Positions 19,099 through 28,452 of a DNA stretch of 63,281 nt are shown piece by piece. The stretch is from NCBI GenBank assembly GCA_046583315.1, contig JAYGCN010000075.1, positions 1 to 63,281 of the forward strand, given 5' to 3'. Positions within the stretch are counted from its first letter, which is position 1; every line of letters begins with the position of its first letter. The translations under genes were made by a program, and so were the position numbers. Under the pieces are notes generated by a model. The model did no database searches, had not been told where the DNA came from, and was given only the letters and a program-made list of their open reading frames with translations. The stretch comes from Candidatus Hydrogenedentota bacterium (GTDB taxonomy: Bacteria; Hydrogenedentota; Hydrogenedentia; Hydrogenedentales; GCA-2746185).

Positions 19099-19350
19099 CT
19101 ACGAAGTAGATTCCACTGGCGAAACATTCGCGGCCTGCAAACCTTTTGGACTTTTCATCAAATCGTAAATGACCACGTCGCCCTCATGCAAGGTGCGGAA
19201 TCCCTCCATCTTGATAGCCGAATGATGCACGAAAATATCCGAATCATCATTGCTCAAAATGAAACCGTAGCCCTTCGGGTCACTAAACCACTTCACCCTA
19301 CCCTCAAAACGCCCTACATGCTCATCATCGGTCTGCTCGGTATCGCTCAC
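19099..19350 (-). CDS. Cold-shock domain protein
   Basis: GRVKWF, KGYGFI (RNP1), IFVHHS (RNP2), KGLQAANV. Confidence 0.93.
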   Translation of the reverse strand: MSDTEQTDDEHVGRFEGRVKWFSDPKGYGFILSNDDSDIFVHHSAIKMEGFRTLHEGDVVIYDLMKSPKGLQAANVSPVESTS

Positions 19351-19430
19351 AATACTACCTCCTGGATCTCCCAGTGGAGACCACCAGTCAATTCGACAAC
19401 AAAGTGCGCATACTGCGCAATTATCGTATC

Positions 19431-19459
19431 ACTGTAGCCCAGATGCCCTCAGATGTCAA
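19431..19459 (-). promoter_or_regulatory. Sigma70-type promoter of the cold-shock gene
   Basis: Minus strand TTGACA, 17 nt spacer, TACAGT. Confidence 0.7.
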
Positions 19460-19528
19460 TACCGATTTCCTCCCACGATAGAGCACCGTGATATCCGCGA
19501 AACACCCATACACGCGCACACCCGCTAA

Positions 19529-21253
19529 CTAATTGCTGGGCTTGAAGTTATCCTCAAGATAATTAATGAAATCGTCAATGCGCGAAGGGGCCATATAGTC
19601 GTTATCAATCTTAACCCACCCATTCTCGCCCTCGACATCACCCGTTTGCACGATCCCATTTGCAAAAATAGGACTCGTCATTGCCAGCACCTCTCGCAAC
19701 CCAAAACCCATTTCTTCCGGATCGTCCACAATCCGAATCTTGGAGACCGCAAGATGCCCAGGATTCAGCACATAACTGAATACCCAATCATCCATAAGTA
19801 TCGAGACCGAACGTGACGTTATCCCATTCGATACAACCTCAAGCTTACAGTCCTTGGCACCCTGTACGCGGACCCAATAGCGGGTCGGGTAATCCAGAGG
19901 CACCGTCCCCCCCATACTCACGTCGATACTATCATCATCAAAGATATCGCCCACCCACTCAATCTTCGGCCCCTTCAAGCCCTTCGACACATAAGTGCGT
20001 CCCAATCGCAACCCCTCCATAATACCCGAGAGTGACTTCTCTTTGGCATAAACATACGTAACCGGCTCCGCCATCGGAACCTTCGGGGATCCCGATTGAC
20101 TACCCCCGATCAACGTCAATTGACGTCCATTGCGCATCTCAAAATCCCAATACGCGCTCGCCTGCCCATTGGCCGATAAACCCGGCAAGACTGACACACG
20201 CGCCAACGAAGAGACATACCGACCATCCTTCCTCAAACGATTATGCTCATGCACAAGACCAATTCCCATCGGTGGCATCGCACGCCAGTTCATGCACCAC
20301 GCCTGAACACCATTGAGGTTCTCGGCGCTCCAATTCCACGGCGAGGTCGGATAACACGGATGGGCCGCGAACACCAAACCACCCTGAGCCTGGACCAGAC
20401 GCGTAAAGACAGACATTTCCTCCTCCGAACGGGGCAACGAAGGCATACTCCCCGGCGTATACACCAAGGCAACACCCGATTCTTTTGTTCCCCACTCCAT
20501 CCCCGGAATCATAATCAAACGATTTGAACGATACGACTCATCCAATGCAGGCGCCAGCGTATTTCGATCCAGTATCGACAAAAAATCCAGATTTAGCTTT
20601 TCCGCACGAGCGATTACCTTGGAGACAGATTCCGTCCCGACCCCGTATGAGGAGTGCGCGTGCAACTCACCACGCAACCAACCTTCTTCACTACCCAGAA
20701 CTTGTTCCGGCCACCGAAAAGGTGTTGCCCCCGGCCTGGACACAGCATCATGGGGATCGGTACCCTGCTCAACCTCGACCACGTCAATGATCAAATCGCC
20801 ATCCTGGTCAAACTCGCTCAAGCTTCTTCCTCCGGCAACTCCTAACAATAATTCATAAGCGATTTCGGTTTTTTCTCCCTCAACAATTTCAACAGACTGT
20901 ATAGAAACTACCAATGGAATCGATGCGTCATAGACCTCTATATGTGCCGAATAAGTGCCAACATCAACGATTCCTTGCCCGATGCCCGCCGGTGCCAAAA
21001 TTCGCTGTAATTCCTCGCCTGCTAAATTCCTTAAAATCACCCGCGCTTCGCGATGCTCACCCAATATATCCTTAACAACGACTGCTAATATCCCAGTTGG
21101 GCTAATGACAAGACTTCCGGTGCTAATCTCCTTGACGGAGGTTGGAGAAATCGTTTCAGAGATTGGACCTCCACCACATCCAGCCACTAGCAGGCTAGTG
21201 GCCACAATAATCGTGTAAAACGGTCTACTCATGTCATAAATCCTTTGATTCAT
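19529..21253 (-). CDS. Lipoprotein with CehA/McbA-like PHP-fold domain
   Basis: Lipobox LVAGC; WLRGELHAHS, PGMEW, AAHP, GLRLGRTYVS; DQDGD Ca-binding-like repeat. Confidence 0.75.
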   Translation of the reverse strand: MNQRIYDMSRPFYTIIVATSLLVAGCGGGPISETISPTSVKEISTGSLVISPTGILAVVVKDILGEHREARVILRNLAGEELQRILAPAGIGQGIVDVGTYSAHIEVYDASIPLVVSIQSVEIVEGEKTEIAYELLLGVAGGRSLSEFDQDGDLIIDVVEVEQGTDPHDAVSRPGATPFRWPEQVLGSEEGWLRGELHAHSSYGVGTESVSKVIARAEKLNLDFLSILDRNTLAPALDESYRSNRLIMIPGMEWGTKESGVALVYTPGSMPSLPRSEEEMSVFTRLVQAQGGLVFAAHPCYPTSPWNWSAENLNGVQAWCMNWRAMPPMGIGLVHEHNRLRKDGRYVSSLARVSVLPGLSANGQASAYWDFEMRNGRQLTLIGGSQSGSPKVPMAEPVTYVYAKEKSLSGIMEGLRLGRTYVSKGLKGPKIEWVGDIFDDDSIDVSMGGTVPLDYPTRYWVRVQGAKDCKLEVVSNGITSRSVSILMDDWVFSYVLNPGHLAVSKIRIVDDPEEMGFGLREVLAMTSPIFANGIVQTGDVEGENGWVKIDNDYMAPSRIDDFINYLEDNFKPSN

Positions 21254-21403
21254 CTATCCTAGCGATGTATACTAACCACGTTGAGTCAGATGTTCAATTT
21301 CTGAACACCCAAAAGCATCTATAGAAGCCAAGACACAACAACCCCATTATAGCTCGCCCATAACGGAAAATGTGAAGAAAAACACAATACAAGGAATCAC
21401 GCC

Positions 21404-21838
21404 ATGTTAACCAGTGTCGATATTCGAAGTAGCGTAGCGGTCTACCTCCAGATCGAAAATCACGTACAATTCGCGATTGCCTCAGGAAAGCTCACAGCAG
21501 GCGATCAACTTCCCTCGGTGCGTGAACTTTCCGAACGACTTAGCGTGAACCCCAATACGGTTGCAAAATCCTATCGGGATCTCGAAGTCATGGGGCTTCT
21601 CTATACCCGTCGAGGAATGGGCGTTTTTATCAACAAAAACGTTGAATCCAAATGCCGTGAAGAGTGCCGCCGCCGCATTATTAACCGTTTGCACGAAGTT
21701 ACTTCTGAAGCGAAATCCGCTGGAATGCCCAAAAAGGACATCGCCGAAATCATCGACAAAAGTTTCTCTCTGGATTCCACGTTATACGGCGAAACACCCA
21801 CTGCCCTACTCACACTTGCTAAAAAGAAGCGCAAGTAG
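21404..21838 (+). CDS. GntR family regulator, YtrA subfamily
   Basis: VYLQI, GDQLPSVRELS, VNPNTVAKSY, RRGMGVF; short C-domain. Confidence 0.92.
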   Translation: MLTSVDIRSSVAVYLQIENHVQFAIASGKLTAGDQLPSVRELSERLSVNPNTVAKSYRDLEVMGLLYTRRGMGVFINKNVESKCREECRRRIINRLHEVTSEAKSAGMPKKDIAEIIDKSFSLDSTLYGETPTALLTLAKKKRK

Positions 21839-21859
21839 CATTAATCTCATCTGTAAACT

Positions 21860-21900
21860 AAAAACCCGATCACAGACATCTGTCTGTAATCGGGTTTTTT
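21860..21900 (+). terminator. Intrinsic terminator, potentially bidirectional
   Basis: AAAAACCCGATCACAGACA / TGTCTGTAATCGGGTTTTTT inverted repeat flanked by A and T tracts. Confidence 0.85.
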
Positions 21901-22010
21901 CGTTGAAAATTCCATAACTATTCCTAAAATACACTGAAAATACGTAGAAATTGAAATTAGTAGAATTGTCCACGTTTCTCAATTTTTACAGATATTTCTC
22001 CCGAAAACTA

Positions 22011-22039
22011 TTGACATCCGCGCGTATTTATCGTAAGGT
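22011..22039 (+). promoter_or_regulatory. Sigma70-type promoter upstream of the recombinase-domain gene
   Basis: TTGACA (22011-22016), 17 nt spacer, TAAGGT (22034-22039); AT-rich upstream region. Confidence 0.65.
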
Positions 22040-22188
22040 AGAAGTAGAGTTCGGGCTGCAACCAGAATACCGTTCTATTTTACACTGGGCAAGAATGTGA
22101 CTCCCACAATCAGATTTTCGAACTCAAACCTGAAATCGTGGGTGTTCATCTTCAAGATAAGAGAATATTCAGAAAGCGGTGGAATATA

Positions 22189-22674
22189 ATGAAACAGGTG
22201 GAAGATTCAACACTGGTATCCGGGAACGCAGGAGAGAATTCCCCCTCTTCGCACGGCTCCAAAGTTAAACGCGGTCAGCTCAATGCGGTACAGCGCGGCC
22301 GATACGGTACCGGACCCGCGCCCTACGGATATCGGCGCGGTAGTGTAGGCGAACGTCCGCTTGAAATTGACGATCGAGAAGCGGAAGTTGTGCGCATCAT
22401 TTTTCGCGAATATTTGCGTACACGCAGTACCGGAAAAGTTGTGCTCTACCTCAAATCAAGAAACATCATGACCCGCAAAGACAACAACTGGTCCAGACAA
22501 GCCATCGCAATCATACTCTCAAACCGTACCTACCGCGGACGGGTCAGCTACGGTGATATCGAAACCCAAGGACTCCACCCTGCCATAATCGAACCTGCGC
22601 TATATTACAAAGCCAATTCGATCCGTAAACGTAAACAACGCAAGAAGAGTGACGACCCGGCGGAAGGTAGTTAA
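22189..22674 (+). CDS. Stand-alone large-serine-recombinase DNA-binding ('Recombinase') domain protein, no catalytic domain
   Basis: GPAPYGY, EAEVVRIIF, W.RQAI..ILSNRTYRG, HPAII; ATG 22189 (the track uses GTG 22138). Confidence 0.8.
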   Translation: MKQVEDSTLVSGNAGENSPSSHGSKVKRGQLNAVQRGRYGTGPAPYGYRRGSVGERPLEIDDREAEVVRIIFREYLRTRSTGKVVLYLKSRNIMTRKDNNWSRQAIAIILSNRTYRGRVSYGDIETQGLHPAIIEPALYYKANSIRKRKQRKKSDDPAEGS

Positions 22675-22761
22675 TCATCTGCGTCGTTCTCGTCATTTAC
22701 GGTAATCGTTTCATCCCTCCTTCACAATTAAGAGCCTCCGTACCCCGAAAAGGATATACCT

Positions 22762-23694
22762 GTGCCTAAAGAATTTCGTATAGCCATCATTGGACAGGCC
22801 GCCTTTGGTGAAAGCGTGCTCAAGAAATTACTTGAACAAGGCGAACAAATCGTTGGCGTATTCTGTGCCCCGGATAAAGAAGGACGTCCCCACGACCCCA
22901 TCAAGACTCTCGCACTCAAAAACGGAATTGATGTCTCTCAGTTCAAACGCATGCGGTCGCCCGAAGCGATCAAAGCCTTTATTGAATTGAACGTCGACCT
23001 TTGCGTGATGGCATTCGTGACCGACATCGTACCCATGGAAATCCTTGAAGCACCTAAACAAGGCACCATCCAGTACCACCCCTCCTTACTGCCAAAACAC
23101 CGCGGACCCAGCAGCATCAACTGGCCCATCATTCAGGGCGAAACCAATACCGGACTCAGCATATTCTGGCCCGATGACGGTCTCGACACTGGCCCCATAT
23201 TGCTGCAAAAAGAAGTCGCCATCGGACCGGACGATACCCTTGGTTCCGTGTACTTCGATAACCTTTTCCCCATCGGCGTGGATGCCATGATCGAATCGGT
23301 GCAGCTCGTCAAGGCGGGTACGGCACCCAGAATTGTGCAGGAGGACAGCGAGAAGACCTACGAAGGCTGGTGCAAAACCGAGGATACCGTCATCGATTGG
23401 GGACGTTCCATTGACGACATCTATAACCTAGTGCGCGGCGCCGACCCCAGCCCAGGAGCGGGTACCACCATTGGCGGTACCGGGATCCAATTCTACAACG
23501 CCCGCAAACGTAACGAGGTTCACGATACCGTGCCTGGCACGATCACAAAAGTAAGCGACGCGGGAATCGAGATCGCGGCCGAAGGCGGGCTGCTCATCGT
23601 AAGCCGTGTTAAATCTGCGGGAGAAGCGAAACTGTCAGCCACCGACTGGGTTGCGCAAGGCGACGACAAAATTAATCAACGATTCGGATCTTAG
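22762..23694 (+). CDS. Formyltransferase family protein resembling the 10-formyl-THF hydrolase domain of ALDH1L1
   Basis: IAIIGQ..FG, VGVF..PDKEG, YHPSLLPKHRG.S.INW, SIFW.DDGLDTG, TYEG. Confidence 0.85.
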   Translation: MPKEFRIAIIGQAAFGESVLKKLLEQGEQIVGVFCAPDKEGRPHDPIKTLALKNGIDVSQFKRMRSPEAIKAFIELNVDLCVMAFVTDIVPMEILEAPKQGTIQYHPSLLPKHRGPSSINWPIIQGETNTGLSIFWPDDGLDTGPILLQKEVAIGPDDTLGSVYFDNLFPIGVDAMIESVQLVKAGTAPRIVQEDSEKTYEGWCKTEDTVIDWGRSIDDIYNLVRGADPSPGAGTTIGGTGIQFYNARKRNEVHDTVPGTITKVSDAGIEIAAEGGLLIVSRVKSAGEAKLSATDWVAQGDDKINQRFGS

Positions 23695-24278
23695 CCGTCC
23701 AGACGCTCCGGGTCGCTCGTGTCGACCACTTCTTCACGCCCCTCATATCCACCCGTCATCTGAAAATCATCCTCACGCTCTGGGACAGATTCCGACTCCA
23801 CGGCTTCATCATCCGCGATGGATTCCGATGTTTCTGATTCATACGGTACAGCTTCACCAGCATGTTCCTGCGCGGAATCTTCGTCGGAGTCCGTCGCCTC
23901 ATCCGCCCTATCCGCTGTCTCATCGTCACCCGGCATGATTTCGTTCAATTCCTCCGGATACCAATCATCGATCACACTGGCATCCGGCTCAAGATTGATC
24001 GACCCATCATCATCGTCATCCATATCCTCATCCGTGCCATCACTAATGAGATCATCCACATAGCTCTCTACGTCGATCTTCTTCAACCCATCAAGTTCCT
24101 GCTTCAACGGATTCAATTCAGACGCGATGTCCCGTTGCGCGTCACTCATATACTTGCGAATATCCCGCATGGTGCGCATACTAATTTTTGCAAACTCAGG
24201 AAACTTGTCCGGGCCCAGAATCATCAAGGCCAGACCCGCAATAAGCACAATTTCGAATACTCCTATGCTCCCGAACAT
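23691..24278 (-). CDS. tatB: Twin-arginine translocase subunit TatB (TatA/B family) with long acidic tail
   Basis: FGSIGVFEIV..LGPDKFP TM/amphipathic hinge; adjacent to tatC. Confidence 0.8.
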   Translation of the reverse strand: MFGSIGVFEIVLIAGLALMILGPDKFPEFAKISMRTMRDIRKYMSDAQRDIASELNPLKQELDGLKKIDVESYVDDLISDGTDEDMDDDDDGSINLEPDASVIDDWYPEELNEIMPGDDETADRADEATDSDEDSAQEHAGEAVPYESETSESIADDEAVESESVPEREDDFQMTGGYEGREEVVDTSDPERLDG

Positions 24279-24280
24279 TG

Positions 24281-25084
24281 TTATGCATCCTCCTCTGCAG
24301 ACTTACGACGTAGTATGAAATAGGAGACCCATATACTGAATTCATAGAGCACGACAAGCGGTAATGCCAGTAAGAGTAGGGAGATTGGATCCGGGGGTGT
24401 TAGCAACGCGCCAACAATGAATATCCCTATAATAGCCACGCGCCGATATTCCTTCATCGTTTCCGGCGTCAATACCCCCATATAAACCAGCACAAAAACC
24501 ACCATCGGGAACTGAAAGGCTACGGCAAAACCCATCACACCTTTAAAAATAATCGACATCGTATCGCTCAAGCGCAGCTGATTCGTCACAAAATCTGGCG
24601 TAAGCCTCATCAAATAAGGGAGAATTAACGGAAATACCCCGAAAAATGCAATCGCGACACCCGATGTTGCCAATACTGAGGAGCCTGCCAAGGAAATTTT
24701 GACGATCCTCTTCTCTTTAGGGCGTAGACCAGGAAATACGAAAGCGCAAATGTTGTAAACGATATACGGCAACCCGACAACCAACGCCGCATACATGGCA
24801 AACCGCATTTTGACCAATACTGGCTCAATAGGCGACAGCGTCACCCATTCCACATTCGCATTCTGAAGAGGGCGCGATATCGCAACGATAATCGGCGTGG
24901 AGGCTGCATATCCCAAAAGAAAAAATACAAAAAGAACCACACAACACTTGACCATACGCGTGCGCAACTCTCCCAGATGCCCTGTAAAGGTCATTCGGGC
25001 AGCGTCAACGTCCGGGATTTCGTCTTTATCTGCCAGTTCTTCATTCATTATTGAGTAAAACCATTCCTCATCACTGGAAATCAC
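24281..25084 (-). CDS. tatC: Twin-arginine translocase subunit TatC
   Basis: HLGELRTR, FVFPGL..EK, FQFP, LTPPD, LYE; start may be ATG 25048. Confidence 0.95.
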   Translation of the reverse strand: MISSDEEWFYSIMNEELADKDEIPDVDAARMTFTGHLGELRTRMVKCCVVLFVFFLLGYAASTPIIVAISRPLQNANVEWVTLSPIEPVLVKMRFAMYAALVVGLPYIVYNICAFVFPGLRPKEKRIVKISLAGSSVLATSGVAIAFFGVFPLILPYLMRLTPDFVTNQLRLSDTMSIIFKGVMGFAVAFQFPMVVFVLVYMGVLTPETMKEYRRVAIIGIFIVGALLTPPDPISLLLLALPLVVLYEFSIWVSYFILRRKSAEEDA

Positions 25085-25166
25085 ACACTCGGCGCAACAT
25101 CCCCCATGATATCACACAAAAGGCAAGGAATTCAGGAGCATGGAGGCATTCCGCCTGGCCCACTTG

Positions 25167-25607
25167 TTAGAACAGGCTTTGTTGGTCCGAGCCGGAATCC
25201 GATAGTTGTGATGAGGACTCCATAGGAGTCTCGTTTACTTCCTGCGCCACCACGAGTGCATTGGTCGAACCGTTCTGTTTACCCGCACTCGTTTCATCAG
25301 ATTTGAACAGGGATTCCGGACGCGCTTCGGATCCATTCTGAACCCAGTCTTTGAGAACCTTGCCCGGCCGGAAGGAGGCGACTCGTTTGGCCGGAATGGG
25401 GACTTCTTCGCCAGTTCGCGGATTTCGACCGATACGCGCGTCACGGGATTTGACTTCAAACACGCCAAAATTTCGGATCTCGAGGCGATCACCCTGCACC
25501 AGCGTCTCCGTCACAGTGTCAAACATGGTCTGCACCACATCCGAGACTTCATTCTGCGTCATCCCCAGCCGATTCGCAACCTGAATCACCAATTCCCGTT
25601 TCGTCAA
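25167..25607 (-). CDS. HU/IHF family DNA-binding protein with C-terminal extension
   Basis: MTKREL, EIRNFGVF, GRNPRTGEEV, FRPGK; about 57 aa tail ending QQSLF. Confidence 0.93.
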   Translation of the reverse strand: MTKRELVIQVANRLGMTQNEVSDVVQTMFDTVTETLVQGDRLEIRNFGVFEVKSRDARIGRNPRTGEEVPIPAKRVASFRPGKVLKDWVQNGSEARPESLFKSDETSAGKQNGSTNALVVAQEVNETPMESSSQLSDSGSDQQSLF

Positions 25608-25655
25608 CGCCCAACTCCTCCAAAATGCCGACTTATCGTCGACATGTAATCGACA

Positions 25656-26231
25656 CTATTCGAATAACGACTTCACCATCTCTATATACGTCTCACCGAA
25701 CGGGGAATAAAGAAATCCCGCGATTGCGGCGATAACCACAACTGCGATCAACATATTCTTTTTTGCACCCCCAGACATACCACCACTAGTCGGTATCCCT
25801 ACCGCACTACCGTCCAGTGAAATTTTTTCTCCCGATTCAGCACGCGCTTTCTTGTCTTCAATTTGCCCCAGAGTTTCGTTAATCGAAATAAAGGAACGGT
25901 GCCATTCCCCCTGAAGTTTCTTTACGGCCACTTCCGATTGCGAATATATCGTCTCAAGGTTCGTCGCACCTGAAACAATCTGCATCGTATTGGAATCGAT
26001 GAGGTAATCTATACTGATCGCATCCTTTAACACATTGTGTTCGCGCGCGAGTTTACTCTTGATTTTCAGAAACTGATTCTCAAGTTGCGCTTTGTTCACG
26101 CCGGGACTCGGATAGGCCGACAGGATCTGGTTGAACAACAACCAATCATTCATAAACTCACGAACCATATTTACACGACGAGTCATCTCGTCGATAAGCC
26201 CTTGCTGTTTCTTATTGATCTTTGCAGCCAC
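25656..26231 (-). CDS. Hypothetical helical protein with C-terminal membrane anchor
   Basis: 191 aa; GGAG RBS; amphipathic helices, Gly linker, C-terminal TM. Confidence 0.7.
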   Translation of the reverse strand: MAAKINKKQQGLIDEMTRRVNMVREFMNDWLLFNQILSAYPSPGVNKAQLENQFLKIKSKLAREHNVLKDAISIDYLIDSNTMQIVSGATNLETIYSQSEVAVKKLQGEWHRSFISINETLGQIEDKKARAESGEKISLDGSAVGIPTSGGMSGGAKKNMLIAVVVIAAIAGFLYSPFGETYIEMVKSLFE

Positions 26232-26280
26232 AATCAGGGGTGCTCCTTCAGTGATAAGACAAACCGTCCCAAGTGATGTT

Positions 26281-26309
26281 AATGTAGCATACGGTCAAGG
26301 GCATGTCAA
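26281..26309 (-). promoter_or_regulatory. Sigma70-type promoter for hypothetical-HU-tatCB genes
   Basis: Minus strand TTGACA, 17 nt spacer ending TGc, TACATT. Confidence 0.65.
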
Positions 26310-26383
26310 ACTGGAATCGTCCTAAGTGCCCACTGCCCGTGCGTTTACACGACGCACGAAGACAATGTTTTGGCGACAGGCCC

Positions 26384-26965
26384 TTAGGTCTTTGTCCTCC
26401 TGCACGCGTCAACGAAATTCGATATCAATTGTTTGCCACACCCCGTCAGGATGCTTTCTGGATGGAACTGAAGCCCCCACACAGGCAATTCGCGATGGGC
26501 CACTGCCATGATCTCGCCCTCGGACGTTTCGGCCGTTACTTCGAGAACCTCGGGACAACTCTCTCGCTCAATAATCAGCGAGTGATAACGTGTCGCTTCA
26601 AACTCGTCGGGTACACCTTCAAATAAAGCATTCGCGGTATGCGTCATGGCGCTGACCTTGCCATGCATAATGCGATCCGCGCGAATCACGTTGCCACCAA
26701 ACACCGCACCGATACTCTGGTGCCCAAGACAGACACCAAGAATCGGAACCTCGCCGGCTAGCGCCTCGATAATCGCACACGAATTTCCCGCTTCGTTCGG
26801 CGTACACGGCCCCGGAGAAATCACCACGCCATCAGGCTTCAACGCGCACACACCGTCTTCATCGATTTTGTCATTTCTGAATACACGAATATCCGTATCG
26901 AATTCGCCAATATATTGCACCAGATTATAGGTAAACGAATCGTAATTATCGATGAGCACTATCAT
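26384..26965 (-). CDS. trpG: Anthranilate synthase component II (glutamine amidotransferase)
   Basis: [29 protein letters not shown]; coupled to trpE. Confidence 0.9.
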   Translation of the reverse strand: MIVLIDNYDSFTYNLVQYIGEFDTDIRVFRNDKIDEDGVCALKPDGVVISPGPCTPNEAGNSCAIIEALAGEVPILGVCLGHQSIGAVFGGNVIRADRIMHGKVSAMTHTANALFEGVPDEFEATRYHSLIIERESCPEVLEVTAETSEGEIMAVAHRELPVWGLQFHPESILTGCGKQLISNFVDACRRTKT

Positions 26966-28440
26966 GATTCAAGTCCATTCTCGGCAAACTCCACCGCTTG
27001 AAACATCGCCCTCGCTTTGTTCTGCGTTTCCTCATACTCGCGCGCCGGGTCGCTGTCGTACACAATACCTGCGCCAGCCTGAAGATAGGCCACCGAGTCC
27101 TTCACAATCATCGTGCGAATCAGAATACAGGTGTCCATATCACCGGAAAAACTGATGTATCCGCAGCCGCCGCTGTACGGACCCCGCCGAAGCGTCTCAA
27201 GTTCATCAATGATCTCCATCGCGCGAATTTTCGGCGCGCCACTTACTGTGCCCATCGGAAATGTTGCCGCCAATGCATCGAAGGCATCCTGATCGTCCCG
27301 CAATTCGCCCTCAACCTGACTCACGATATGCATGACATGGGAATAGCGTTCAACCGTCTTCAATCGGGTCGGCTCCACCGTGCCAATCTTGCTGACACGA
27401 CCTATGTCATTCCGCCCCAGATCCACCAGCATGATATGCTCCGCCAGCTCCTTCTCATCGGACATCAGATCGACTTCGAAATCGTGATCTTCCTGAGGAT
27501 TCTTGCCGCGCGGTCGGGTTCCCGCGATGGGACGCACCATACACCGCGTCCCGGTTACCTGCGTCATCACTTCTGGACTCGAGCCCACGATGCTGAACTC
27601 CGGTAGCTCCAGGAGAATCATGTAGGGCGACGGATTCACACAGCGAAGCGCGCGATACAAATTTAATGGGGAGGAATGGACGGTGCGTTCGAATCGTTGA
27701 GACAGCACTACCTGAAAGATATCGCCCGCGCGAATATATTCCTTGGCTTTCTCTACGATCTCGCAATATTCATCTTCGGAAAAGTTTGACCGTATCGCGG
27801 TATCCACTTCGCCAGAATGCAATCGTTCATTCTTGACGATTAGCGGTTGACGCAAGACCAATTCAAGCGCGTCAATCTTCTCGACCGCTTCGCGATAGGC
27901 AGCGTCGACATCGCCCTGAATATGAGCATTCGAGACAATCATCAACTTGTTACGCACATGGTCAAAAATCAATATCGTGTCGGTAATCAGAAAATACATA
28001 TCAGGCAGGTTCAGCGGATCTGGGTTTTCATCCGGCAAGGTCTCAAAAAAACGTACCTGGTCATAACTCATATACCCTACCGCGCCACCGTGAAACGACG
28101 GGATGCCCTGGACTTCCACGGGCTCATAGACCGACATCAATTCGCGCAGATCGTACAAGGCGTTATCGGACTCATAAGTCTCGACTCCACCATTGCGCGT
28201 GATCGTAACCTGCTTGCCTTTTGACTTGAAAATAATCGAAGGGTTTCCGCCCAGAAAACTGTAGCGTCCGATCTCCCCCTGCTCAACACTTTCCAAGAGA
28301 AAGGTATGCTGCTGATCGCGCGATAGTTTCATGTAGGCCGAAACCGGTGTCTCAAGATCCGCAACGATTTCACGGTATACCGGAACCAGTGTTCCATCAC
28401 CCGCTATCGCGCGAAATCCCTCTAGTGTGGGATGATTCAT
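26962..28440 (-). CDS. trpE: Anthranilate synthase component I
   Basis: [41 protein letters not shown]. Confidence 0.92.
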   Translation of the reverse strand: MNHPTLEGFRAIAGDGTLVPVYREIVADLETPVSAYMKLSRDQQHTFLLESVEQGEIGRYSFLGGNPSIIFKSKGKQVTITRNGGVETYESDNALYDLRELMSVYEPVEVQGIPSFHGGAVGYMSYDQVRFFETLPDENPDPLNLPDMYFLITDTILIFDHVRNKLMIVSNAHIQGDVDAAYREAVEKIDALELVLRQPLIVKNERLHSGEVDTAIRSNFSEDEYCEIVEKAKEYIRAGDIFQVVLSQRFERTVHSSPLNLYRALRCVNPSPYMILLELPEFSIVGSSPEVMTQVTGTRCMVRPIAGTRPRGKNPQEDHDFEVDLMSDEKELAEHIMLVDLGRNDIGRVSKIGTVEPTRLKTVERYSHVMHIVSQVEGELRDDQDAFDALAATFPMGTVSGAPKIRAMEIIDELETLRRGPYSGGCGYISFSGDMDTCILIRTMIVKDSVAYLQAGAGIVYDSDPAREYEETQNKARAMFQAVEFAENGLES

Positions 28441-28452
28441 CTCAGTACCCGA

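Noticed and set aside
22047..22125. tRNA gene
   Set aside because: Similar size and contains TTCGAA, but arm spacing, T-arm position and CCA end do not fit
21900..22674. Integrated mobile element around the recombinase-domain gene
   Set aside because: No catalytic domain, cargo, att-like repeats or tRNA target visible; flanks look like ordinary chromosomal genes
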